A stretch of 64,000 bases of DNA from Octopus sinensis. Taxonomy: Eukaryota. The stretch spans positions 63,686,464 to 63,750,463 of the forward strand of contig NC_043011.1 of assembly GCF_006345805.1 (NCBI RefSeq), read 5' to 3'. Made by a program: the position numbers and the translations under genes. The notes below the pieces were generated by a model. It searched no databases, was not told where the DNA came from, and worked only from the letters and a program-made list of their open reading frames with translations. Numbering within the stretch: position 1 is the first letter of the stretch; each line of letters begins with the position of its first letter. Positions 1 through 12,381 of the stretch are shown one piece after another.

Positions 1-41
<41 letters not shown>

Positions 42-42
<1 letters not shown>

Positions 43-860
43 TTATGTTTGACGTTTGCTTTACATTTGTACAAGTCGGCTCAAAGTATCACACAGAGAC
101 CTCAAGAGACAACAATTTGGAAGTTCATGTTGGTGTTATGCCTAAGGTGCCATATATTTGGTTTTGTACATAGTGTTGTTCTACAGAATGTTTGAGAACC
201 TATAAAAAAATTATGTGTTTGTTTTAAAACTTGAGATTTCATAAAGATTATTTTGCGTAGGATATCGGCAGTTCTCATGAGTACTATCTTTTGAATTTCT
301 GCCATTTTGGGGTTTCCCGGTATCTTAACTAGGTAGCAATCAGCCCCTTTTGCTATCATACCCAGGGCACCTATGACAACAGGTATTATTTTAGTCTTCA
401 TGTTCCACATTTTGCTGATTTCTATTTCAAGATCTTTATATTTGCTCAGTTTTTGGTATGTCTTGACAGATACGTTTATATCGATTGGGACATTCAAATC
501 AATGAGGAGGCATATTCTTTGTTTGAAGGCTTTCAATATGATGTCTGGCCTATTTGCATCTATCTTTCTGTCAGTTTGAATGGTGAAGTTCCAGAGGAGT
601 GAGATGTGGGCATTTTCAAGCACTGGAGGCATTATTCGCTCTCTTCGCGTATTTGCCATAGAGAGGTTTTTCTTGCCATTTATCTGTCAGAATATCCGAG
701 GCAGCAGTTTAAGCACGGGTTTTCATGTACTTGGCTTTTTCTACGCTTGTTTCTCGTATGTCTAATTCCGGAATTTTTTGTATTCGGAATTCACTGAGAT
801 ATTCCTTTGCCTGTTTTGTTACTGAGTATGATGCTTTCTTGTTTTCATGTTTTTATGTTG
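42..860 (-). mobile_element. 3' fragment of R4/Dong-like RLE non-LTR retrotransposon (family A), internally deleted, with (TAA)n tail at 1-41
   Basis: ORF 102-659 contains the RLE motif KIDANRPDIILK...CLLIDLNVP...KLSKYKDL. Nucleotide sequence matches 30590-31700, including the 3' UTR. Confidence 0.9.
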
Positions 861-883
861 TTTTTGTCTTCTTGTTGTTGTTG

Positions 884-1170
<287 letters not shown>

Positions 1171-1203
1171 TTATTATTATTATTATATTTATTATTATTA
1201 TTA

Positions 1204-1280
<77 letters not shown>

Positions 1281-1758
1281 GTTATTATTATTATTCAGTA
1301 GTTTTATTTTTATTATTATTTATCCTGTCCGAAAAAGTGGTGGAAGTCGTGGTAGTAGTATTCTGGTTAGTGTTAATGGGACTGGTTGTGGTCTAAATTA
1401 GGAGGTTGATATTGGGGTTATGTACATATTGGGTGCTCCTGTATTCACACTTTCCATTTGTAATGACAAAACATTAACCCCTAACGGTATTCAACTACCA
1501 TGGAGAAGAATCAGTTCTACCATTTTTACTGTGACCAGCTACATACATTTATATTTTTATTTTATTATTTCCATTCTTTTCCAAAATAACACCTTATATT
1601 AAACTCTAATATTTTCCTCTATTTGACCATATTACACCCTCTTTAATGAAGGGATATGCCTAACGTCCCAGAAACACCTCTAAGACTAACCTTCTCATTA
1701 TAAATGTCCTGAAAATTTTCTACACTGCCGGGGTTTTGTTGTCTCCTTATATTTAACA

Positions 1759-1832
<74 letters not shown>

Positions 1833-3209
1833 TGTATGTATATATGTATGTATGTATATGTATATAAATTAGAGAAGAACCACCATGTAGCAATTAAAAT
1901 AATTAAATCATAACAAATAGTAAAAATTTAAATATACGATAAAAAATTTACCTAGAACTAAATAAAGTAAAAAATAATAAATAAATGGTATATGATTAGT
2001 AAGTAGACTACACGTGTTTCGTGGCTATATTTTCAAAATGGTAACAGTAATATCAATTCAATTAAAATATTACTACCTCGTGGTTCTTTACTTTATATAC
2101 ATATATTATATATTGTAAAATGATTATTTAGTATTACTAAATTGATTTTTTCCTGTAAGTTTGGAATCATATTCCCTAAAATTATATGTATATACTTTAT
2201 GTTATTAATACACATTAGTATTAATATTGCAGTGGATCAACATACAAATTATTAGGAAGGAAGGTATTAAGGATAAATATTTCGATATTCAGTATGCTTT
2301 ATGCTTTTTTATCAGTACAACTGCACACATTTTCATGAAGCTTTTAAAAAGAAAACCCATCAAAATCACAAAACAACTTGGGCGCCAGCGATTCTCAGTC
2401 GGCAATTTTCTTCTGTTTTTTTTTTTTAATAGTGTTATTTATATAATAAATTCTCTATTGAAATAGTCAATAAAAAATAAGATATATTAATAAACGTGCA
2501 CTCTAAATGTAAATGTATTTTATCTATATTCAAAACAAGAAATATTCAAGCACAACTATTATGCCAAAAAAGAATTGTTACGCATGCTCTCAAACCAGCC
2601 AATTTGAGTCTCAAAACTAATTCTGATATTTATATACGTTACCTAATTCACATTCAAACGCAGAGAACACGCATTATTTATCACAAATGCGGCGAACATT
2701 TTGAGAACGATATGAGGAGATAATATTTGCCCCGTCTTAATATTAAAGTGATTTCATGTAATCTGGACATCAGCCGATTATGTGTGCATCGCTAACCTTC
2801 CATTATTTTGAAGCAGTATCAAAAGTGAATGTGTTTGTATGGTTGTTTGTATGTTATAGTCTTTAGAATGTACACACGTGTTTCCAAGATATTTCTATCA
2901 TAATAACTACCACATGGAGGGTAGGTTGCATTTCAATGTGTTTAAAAGACATCCAATAAAACAGCAATAAAATAATGCAGGTTTGAATATACTATTTCAG
3001 GAATAAAAAGCTACAAATTAAAATTGGACTTAACGTATCAGAAATATTACTCAAATCGGGTATGAAATGTGTGAACTAAGAGAGACAAGGATATACCACA
3101 ACGAGGGCAGTATTTCAGCTAGTTGCGTTTATAAATGAAATGTTTAATTTACATTGTTAAGAAGAACACACGTATCACTGAAACGATGTTCACCGACAAA
3201 ATATCTTAC

Positions 3210-3315
3210 TTGATTTGCAGAAATCAAAATTTATGCAAATGACTGTCTGTGTGCCGACCATCGCATGTCTAACGCAGGACTCACACAACACTGGAACACA
3301 TTTACGGAAACAAAG
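3210..3315 (-). pseudogene. Possible exon-3 homologue of a fifth family member (LCFRKCVPVLCESCVRH...DFCKS)
   Basis: ttag acceptor, GTAAGA donor, open frame with RKC-x7-C. Start phase (0) does not match the family (2). Confidence 0.3.
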
Positions 3316-3836
3316 CTAATCAAACAAGAACAAAATGTGTATTATAAGGAAGTATTTATTTCTTTAGTTCTCGTGCCGCAAAAACTTACACCTTAGGGAA
3401 AGTTTTGCTTCAAGGATAGTGACCTGAAATAAAAAGGGGAAATATTATTTTTGGCGCTTGTATTAATTGAGTTTCTTGTTACTTTTCGAGACTATATTTC
3501 GTAAACGAGAGACGCTACGCTGGCGATCTTCCAGATGTTTACAAATACGTAGTTATTAACAAGTGAAACTAATTAATACGTAGGTAATCGTTTTTTTTTT
3601 ATTTTCGTATATTTTCATTTGTCATATTTTTAAACTTTGGTGTTTGGTGATTTTTTTCTTGAGAACACATTCGTCGTGGTAAATGGCGAGTTTGACGTCT
3701 ATATCTAGCATGCAGGCTGTCCACTATTAGCGGTCATTCCTCTAAATTTTGTATGTATAAAATTTTTAATCTTCGGTTTTTTTAAAAATATGCTAGGCCA
3801 CTGGTTTTAATTGATTAATATCAATTTCTACCCTTA

Positions 3837-3921
<85 letters not shown>

Positions 3922-5450
3922 CAAACTTACGTGGTGCTCAATTAAATTATATATCTGTGTGTGTGAGTGCGTGTACATGTATGTATTTATGCATGCATAT
4001 GTGGGTACAGGACGTCACCAACTGCGCAAACAACATAAAATACGAAGCACACCATTTAATTACGTAAACATCGAGAGAAAATGAGAGAAAACTAGGAAAC
4101 AGTAAACACAGTGAAAAGACCTTTCATCAGATTTCGGCAATCTAGCTACTCCTCATTTCGAGCATTCAACGAAAATATGAGTCTTCAAAGACAGTTGCTC
4201 CCATAAGTTTTATAATAAAGCTTAGGATTTATGGAGGGTGAAAGTTGGGAAGAAAACAGGAGAGTGGAGACATACGAGGAAACCGAACAAAAACAACTAT
4301 GGAGGGTCGGTAGACCAGAACGAGAAGAAAATAGTGAAGTATTTCCCGTGAAAAAGGAACAGATAGAAGAGAGAGAAAGCGTCCAGTCTTTTGAACGTCC
4401 GTGCAAGAAAAGAAAAATATTCACGTGAGCTAAAATAAAGATGGACTATGGTTATGTGTGAGCAACGAGAGAGAGAGAGAGAGTGACAGAGAGTGAAAGA
4501 AAGAGAAAGAGCGGGCAGGAGAGATAAAAACATAGAGAAAATGTTGAAAGAGGGAGGGCAAGAAAAAGGGAATTAGAGACGGATAGAAGAAAAGAGTCGG
4601 TGAATGTTGAAAATGAGGAGTAGATAGACAGCCGACAGCTGATGAGGGGTCCATTCTGTTTGATTACTTGTCCTGCCAGGAAACAACTTTCTGGACAGGA
4701 AGTACCTTTCCTACCTTCAACATGGACGATAAGGTTCTTAAGATGCCATGAACCTGTAAATGTTCACTAATTTACTAGTTATGAGTAGCAAAACACGGAA
4801 ACAGGTTGACCATGTAATTTTTTTCTCCCGAAATATACAAGCTTCTCGTTCATTTTCATTCTTTTTATAATAGTCGGTAGGAGTCACCAAGCGGAGGAAA
4901 AGACATTTCGACGAAGCTTTTCTATACTACATATATGTCTTGGCAAAAGCAAAGTCATGCGTGCACAAACAAGCGCACAAACAAGCGCACGCTTGCACTC
5001 ACACAGAGACACACATTCGAGTTTCAACATAATTTCGCCGATCGAATTACCACAAAATGCATTGGCCCGTTGAAACACAAGTATATGCCACTGACCCTGA
5101 CAATGTAATGTCAAAATGCGAAGTTCTTCACCACACAGCCACGTGTACGCCTTCTCTGAAGAATAGCCCTCTGACTTTGATTTACCGACACTACATTCAA
5201 ATATAATTATTTATATAGGAACACACAACATGGAATTAAATATTTCATGTATTCCGTTCAATTACGTGATTTTGTATATTCGACGTAATTTTGAAGGAAC
5301 GAGATATATTAAACAAGATTGAGGCACGGATATGTATCATGATATTGGTATTTGGATTGTGTTACACTGAAATGAAGTAATTTTGAAAAGACCGCAGCGG
5401 TCACAGAGGAGACAACAGAGATGATGTGTCAGAAATTGTATTTGTGACAT

Positions 5451-5635
5451 GGCGGCGAGCTGGCAGAATCGTTAGCACGCCGGGCGAAATACTTAGCGGT
5501 ATTTCGTCTGTCGATACATTGTGAGTTCAAATTCTGCCGAGGTCGAATTTGCTTTTCATTCTTTCAGGGTCGATAAATTAAGTACCAGTTACGCACTAGC
5601 ATCGATATAATCGACTTAATCCGTTTGTCTGTCCT
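5451..5635 (+). mobile_element. Octopus tRNA-derived SINE (ggcgagctggcagaatcgttag...gagttcaaattc type)
   Basis: A-box- and B-box-like motifs. The same family recurs at 45460-45610 and 59712-59950. Confidence 0.8.
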
Positions 5636-5805
5636 CTCTACTTTTAGAAAACAAATTATATTTGTGACGTAAATAGTGTCTTCAGATCACCTTTTCATGG
5701 CAAGCAGATTTAATACAATTATGAAAAAAAAAAAACAACTAAATAACAGGAAGTAAATTAATTTAACTCTGGTTACAGCAAACGCCAGTTTGAATTATTA
5801 TTCCA

Positions 5806-5903
5806 TTACACACCTGCGAGGACAACGAGTTTCATTAAGATCAGGAGTGAGCTTTTAACAAATGCCTTGTTACTTGAGGAGGAAGGACCCATCTTCGGAC
5901 CAA
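5806..5903 (-). CDS. Gene g4 terminal exon: (V)GPKMGPSSSSNKAFVKSSLLILMKLVVLAGV*, GPI-signal-like
   Basis: Acceptor ttctatatattgcag, phase 1 (matches the exon-3 donor), small-residue run followed by a hydrophobic C-terminus, TAA stop. Confidence 0.75.
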
Positions 5904-5965
5904 CTGCAATATATAGAATTGATGCTCAGTTAAATTTTACGTTGGACTAGTATGTTACAAGAGTC

Positions 5966-6925
5966 ACAGAAAGTCTAGAATTATGAGTGTGTTCAGAGTT
6001 TATTGGTGACATATTCCATACAGCATTCTATTTCGTCGGCATCAAAATCTGACACAGAAAGCCAAGAATCATTAGTGCGGCCAGGGTTTATTGGTGCTAT
6101 ATTCCATAGAACATTCTATTTCGTCGGCATCAAAATCTGACACAGAAAGCCAAGAATCATTAGTGCGGCCAGGGTTTATTGGTGCTATATTCCATAGAAC
6201 ATTCTATTTCGTCGGCATCAAAATCTGACACAGAAAGCCAAGAATCATTAGTGCGGCCAGGGTTTATTGGTGCTATATTCCATACAACATTCTATTTCGT
6301 CGGCATCAAAATCTGACACAGAAAGCCAAGAATCATTAGTGCGGCCAGGGTTTATTGGTGCTATATTCCATAGAACATTCTATTTCGTCGGCATCAAAAT
6401 CTGACACAGAAAGCCAAGAATCATTAGTGCGGCCAGGGTTTATTGGTGCTATATTCCATACAACATTCTATTTCGTCGGCATCAAAATCTGACACAGAAA
6501 GCCAAGAATCATTAGTGCGGCCAGGGTTTATTGGTGCTATATTCCATACAACATTCTATTTCGTCGGCATCAAAATCTGACACAGAAAGCCAAGAATCAT
6601 TAGTGCGGCCAGGGTTTATTGGTGCTATATTCCATAGAACATTCTATTTCGTCGGCATCAAAATCTGACACAGAAAGCCAAGAATCATTAGTGCGGCCAG
6701 GGTTTATTGGTGCTATATTCCATAGAACATTCTATTTCGTCGGCATCAAAATCTGACACAGAAAGCCAAGAATCATTAGTGCGGCCAGGGTTTATTGGTG
6801 CTATATTCCATAGAACATTCTATTTCGTAGGCATCGAATTCTGTCACAGCAAGCCTAGAATTATGAGTGTGTCCATAGTTTATTGGTGATATATTCCATA
6901 AAGCATTTTATTTTGTCGGCATCGA
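5966..6925. repeat. 88-bp tandem minisatellite, about 11 units
   Basis: attctatttcgt recurs at 6025, 6113, 6201 ... 6817 with exact 88-bp period. Edge units are diverged. Confidence 0.97.
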
Positions 6926-7419
6926 AATCTTTCTTACGCATTAAAAGAAAGAATTCCAATAAGTTTTTTAGCTTTCATTACTTCGGGATATTCCGACACA
7001 CACAAGCAGGATAGATCAGATTATTTACTGTCATATTTGCGAGCGGCATGAGCGCATTTATATCCGTAGAGGAAAAAAACATGATAACAGTTGAACAAAG
7101 AAAGAAGAAATCACCTTTCTGATAACCGTTTAGAACATATATCTGTGCATCCGTAGCATCAGCAGGGACCCCATTGTGTAAACGATTCCCCATTGAGTGT
7201 ATATTTTCCGTTTCTTGTGTCGGAAGATATCTTGTGTCATTTATGTGAAGAGAAAGTCGCTCAGAAGTAATCCTTGCTAAGTTAGACTCTTGCAAGGAAA
7301 TAATATCGGTTAAAGTGGCAGCCAAATTTGGGAGTGATCTGGTGTTAATTAGCGTAAAGGGCGTTTGGCGCTTTATCATTCTCTGACGAATGAAAATGTT
7401 AAAAATTTAAAGATATAAA

Positions 7420-8340
7420 TATTGCTTGTCACTAAAGGAAAATACTTAATAGAGATCTATTCATCAATTCTGCTTATGTTCAGTGTATTCTAAGTTGTGA
7501 ATATATAATGTTTCGCTAGAGATGGTTATGGAGAAATGAAATTAATGCGATATCTAATTAACGTTGATTGATTTCGTGAGATGTAGCAAAATATAAGCTA
7601 TGAATGAATAATGGGAATAAGTTGCGGAAGATATTGAATTCTTGGTCAGGCCACACCTGACAGACTTCCTATTAAGGAAAGAGAGAGTGAGAGAGAGAAT
7701 TGGAGGTAGAGACAGATAGAGAGATAGAGAGAGAGGAAGAGGTCTTTTCGAAATTTTGGGAGATATTATTGGGTCTTTTTAATAACTTAGAGATATGAGA
7801 AACAAGAAGAAGGGGTTGATAATTTTACCGTGATGATGATATTCTTTAACGCAGAACATACTCTTGTTACGATGGCACATCATTCTGTCAAGAAAATAAA
7901 TGTATCGGCTGCAGCTGGAGAAGCAGGGACGTTTGAGCATTATAGGAAGGACGAAGTCAACTGCTGCAGATCGGTTAATGGTGTCGAAGATGTTACGCTT
8001 CTTCGTTAAAGCAGCCGGCTTTTAGAATGTGGCTGAAGTTCACAATAATGTTATAGGCCTTGTTTTATCCAAGTCTATTTGGATACTTTGTATGTATGGG
8101 ACGGTGGATTGCTGTTGTGTGTGGTGGAATGTGGATTTAAATGCTTGGAAGAATAATGCCACTCGCATTCCTAGCATTTTATGATGGATGATGTGCAAAG
8201 CAGATAAATTTTAGGTGCCGTAAAACAGTTAGTGTATTGAGCAGATTGTTGGTAAGTGCTATTTGGCTGTTTGGCCTAAGGATTTTCTGTACAAATGTAA
8301 GGATATAAACTAAGGTTATGAACTAACATCGCTTTGTGTG
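7420..8340 (-). mobile_element. Highly degenerate retroelement fragment, possibly Penelope-like RT
   Basis: 7440-7830 aligns by eye with 20850-21420. Only broken RT-like peptides are visible. Confidence 0.35.
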
Positions 8341-8779
8341 TTTAGGGAGAGATACGATTCTAATATTGATATACGCACTGGTTCAAATTCACTCCTTTAT
8401 TATTGGATAATTGGATAGATATCAAAATATCCAATCGATTGTTTTAACGAACTAAATCTAAATTCACTGAATACGATGCAAATAGCAATTAAAGAACTTT
8501 GGCAAAAAACTAACAAAGGAAACGCCTTGCAGTTTACTCAAATTAAACAATCGATTAGTTGGATTGATATTTAACCAACAGACTAATAATAAGGCAATGG
8601 AAGTGAACCAAAACGTTAGTCAATAATATTGGTATTGTCTCCCTAGACATCACAAAATTTAGTCCAACACATGAATCCATATTACGAATCTTGCAAACCG
8701 GATACAAGAAAGAAGTAAGGGTGTTTGTTTCAACTGATATATCTTCTAATAATATTGGGAAAGCTTGGAAGCATCTCAC

Positions 8780-8868
8780 CATTGCAATTCTTTACATAGT
8801 AGTTGTGGTAGATATTTCTGCACTGCAAGAACATGCTGAGGAAACATTTTTCTAGTATGAGCAAGCGA
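8780..8868 (-). CDS. Gene g4 exon 3: RLLILEKCFLSMFLQCRNIYHNYYVKNCN
   Basis: Acceptor ttttcttttcttttttgcattttcag, donor GTGAGA, 89 nt, phase 2->1. Paralogous to 26672-26760, 46512-46591 and 61922-62010. Confidence 0.85.
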
Positions 8869-9543
8869 CTGAAAATGCAAAAAAGAAAAGAAAATACTGT
8901 GAAAAAGAATGAACTTAGTTTGCGGTATTTTGGAATATTTTATGTAGGGAAATTAAGTCAAAGGTATAATATTAAATTGCATTGCATTATTGACGTCGAT
9001 AATATTGGAATGCTAATAATTTGAAGCCAGAAGCATAAAATGTCGTAGGGCATGAGAGTTCTTATTTGAAGGCACAGGAATTGACATAAGAAATTATTTT
9101 CAGCCGTACACAAAAAAACCTTGTGGCTGCTCGCATTTGCAATTTGAAGACGTATAGTTAAAAGAAAATTGCATTCGTTGAAGCATGCTTGCGTGTTTGA
9201 ATGGTTGAGAAAGGTTTGTTAAAACAATAACGGCTGGATTCTTAAGTCTGTTAAAGTTTTACTTTAGATTCTGTAATTAGCTATAAACAGAGAGGAAAAA
9301 AGAATTTGATCGATCATCGCGCCATAATATCCAAGATTTATATGCTCCTTCCGTGTTCTGTTACTTATGTATTCGGATTTCACATTATCAGAAAAATATA
9401 AAGAATGCCAAATATAAATATGATAAACCAAATATTTCCGGTTAATTTCAAAAGATAAACAAACAATTTCAATGAAAATGTGAGGAAATGATTAAGCGAA
9501 AAATAGATGATAACAGCGGTAATAGCTAGAAATATATTCATAC

Positions 9544-9643
9544 TTGCAATATTTAGCATCAGGCCTACGTACAGGATACATATGCCAGGCATCCTTGCAA
9601 TACTCTTTACCGATTACATCACAAGATTTCGTCGAGGAAACAC
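9544..9643 (-). CDS. Gene g4 exon 2: VSSTKSCDVIGKEYCKDAWHMYPVRRPDAKYC
   Basis: Acceptor aaatttgtag, donor GTATGA, 100 nt, phase 1->2. Paralogous to 38264-38363 and 48936-49035. Confidence 0.85.
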
Positions 9644-9877
9644 CTACAAATTTGGCATTTTATATAAAAACGACATGATATAGTTTAGCGTAATATAAAT
9701 CATTCCTGATATGTTAAAGGCACTAAAAGCCAGCTACCAGTGGCAGACTATTTTAGATACGTTTATTATAATACACCAATGAATTTGTAAGACTACTGCA
9801 CACAATTTTCTGGACATGCCACTTACAAAGTATCTCTACCCTCTCTCATTTTCTCTGTCTGTATGTCTCTCGCTATG

Positions 9878-9908
<31 letters not shown>

Positions 9909-10548
9909 ATACACGCGCGCACACACACACACACACAAACACACATCTATATACATATGTGTGTGTGTGTTTGTGTGCAGGCGCGTGTGTATCATTGTAT
10001 ATATTCATATACATACTTACATACATACATATATCATTATATATATATATATATAACCATGGACACATTAAGCTGTTTCCAAACAATCTTAATTGATTAA
10101 TGATTACATTATATCATTATAAAATCCTGATTACTTTAAATGCGAACGCGAACCACAATATTTGGAGCATTTAAAAACCTTTAATATGTGTAAAAACGTT
10201 TAAAGATCCACTGCAAGCCCATAGTTAGGGATTCCTTCGAGTTTTCCAAATCAAAAAAGTGGTCTTGTAGCAGAGAACAGCACGATGTGAAAATGAGGGT
10301 AGATTTATTGGATTAAAAGTCGTTAGTCTTCATGGTAATGGTAGGGACGGACGGCCAAGCCATTTATCTCCACGGTTAAGAAAGACATAATTCTTTTCCT
10401 CTTATGGTACCATTCAATTAGATATATATATATTTTAAAATGGTGAATAGGGTTCAGCACGTATCTATACATTTATCTATTGAACATCCTTTCCATGTGA
10501 GCTTTATTACTAAAAGAATATTTGATGGAGATATAAGACCAAAACGTT

Positions 10549-10714
10549 AGGCGCAGGAGTGACTGCGTGGTAAGTAGCTTGCTTACCAACCACATGGTTC
10601 CGGGTTTATTCCCACTGCATGGCACCTTGGGCAAGTGTCTTCTACTATAGCTTCGGGCCGACCAAAGCCTTGTGAGTGGATTTGGTAGACAGAAACTGAA
10701 AGAAGCACGTCGTA

Positions 10715-10755
<41 letters not shown>

Positions 10756-10962
10756 GTGTGTACGTGTTTGTGTGTCTGTGTTTGTGCCCCCAACATCGCT
10801 TGACAACCGATGGTGGTGTGTTTACGTCCCCGTAATCTAGCGGTTCGGCGAAGGACTCCGATAGAATAAGTAGTAGACTTCTAAAGAAGAAGTCGTCAAG
10901 TCGATTTGCTTGACTAAAAGGTGGTGCTCCAGCATGGCCGCAGTCAAATGACTGAAACAAAT
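10549..10962 (+). mobile_element. Full-length octopus tRNA-derived SINE with internal (TA)/(TG) tract
   Basis: tRNA-like head, body gggcaagtgtcttctactatag...ccgaccaaagccttgtgagtgg, tail ccagcatggccgcagtc. Same family at 24350-24540 and 60865-61380. Confidence 0.85.
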
Positions 10963-11726
10963 AATATATACAAGTCCTATAATTAATTAATTAAGAGATA
11001 TACAAGTCCCATAATTAATTAAAATATAAAAGATGAGTAAAAAACTAAAAATCAAAGGGAGTAACGATGGTACCAACAATTAGTAGGAATAACGATGACA
11101 TTCAATGGGTTAACAAATAAATATACAAGTTTACGGTCAACAGATTATAATGAAACCGTAATGTGAAAGCAAAGGGATAATAGTAACGAAATTAAAAGTG
11201 GAAAAAGGGGTTTATAATATCTGTTGCAGAGAGAATGCCATTTGTGGTTACGTGGGAAATTAGATTCTGCTATTTTAAAAATGTTTTAGTGAATGATTTT
11301 AGATCCGCCGCCGCTTTTATTAGGAAAGTTTGTGGAGGTGTAATTCATAGTGACTGTTGGAGGAGAGTTCGAAGGTTCAGTATTAGTATTCGTAGATCGA
11401 GTGTTATGTGTGTGGGTGCTATGTGGGCGAGATTCTCTGATCCTAGTAGGACGGTTTGGATTTCCAATATTTGTGCGCGTTTGTCTAGAGCTAAGTTTCG
11501 AGCGTCGATATGCTAGCGTACTTGATCTGGATGTTTGCAACATCAGGACTTTAACCCATGTGGATCTACGCAGGATTGCACTTTAGGACTTATGAACTTA
11601 TTTCTACAACATCAGTAAGTTGAATTGAACATTTATACTTCTTTTTTTCTTCTCTCTCTTCATCTCCTTATTCCTTTACTCCTGTCATCATTTCATTAAT
11701 CTATACCCTCCTCATTTTCCCTATTT

Positions 11727-11782
11727 GTCTCCGATGACGGAATATCCCATAATCTGGGATATCTCAGAAACAGCTGTAAGAC
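11727..11782 (+). ncRNA. Type I hammerhead-ribozyme-like motif in a Penelope-type terminal repeat (U4->C)
   Basis: GTCT-CCGATGA-long stem II (atatccca/tgggatat)-GAAAC-AGCT-GTA-AGAC. Confidence 0.6.
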
Positions 11783-11872
11783 TTTCAATTTCTTCCAATA
11801 ATAATAATAATAATAATAATATATATGTCTTGCCATGTTTGCCTTTCCTTAATGTTGTTGTCTTCATTAACA

Positions 11873-11970
<98 letters not shown>

Positions 11971-12341
11971 GCGCCTTATAAATGAATCATACATGATTGA
12001 GCACATCAGATGAATAGCTTCGACGGAGATAAGAACAGATTAGCAGAGGAAGAATGACTTTACCAGTATGTGTGAATTGATTAACACATAACTGTTTTAA
12101 ATAATTTACGCCTATTTTTGATTGAATTCCATCCAACACTGATATATATTCAAAGGCAGACTTATTAATGTGTGCCTATTCAGATATGTATGTATGCATA
12201 TGTGATAGAAATAGGGAAAGTAGAGAGAAGAACGTCTAAAGGAGAGAAGCAATTTTTATAGAGACATAGAAATAAAATACAGATTAATATTGAATATGAA
12301 TTTTGATGATGGTGAAAAAACTTTATCTCATAGATATTTAC

Positions 12342-12381
12342 CTGTAATGAGTGCGGCCATAACTATGTGACTTATCATCAT
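12342..12381 (-). CDS. Gene g4 first coding exon (signal peptide): MMISHIVMAALIT(G)
   Basis: ATG, hydrophobic run, donor CAG|GTAAAT, phase 1. Parallels MKTILLVSVLIT(G) of g3. Confidence 0.7.

Noticed and set aside
4231-4428. Acidic ORF ending in NLS-like PCKKRK
   Set aside because: Purine-rich low-complexity sequence with no splice or homology support.
5966-6925. CRISPR-like array or tandem hammerheads
   Set aside because: Units are identical with no unique spacers. The minus-strand CTAATGA...GAAA arrangement has a non-canonical core and G at the cleavage position.
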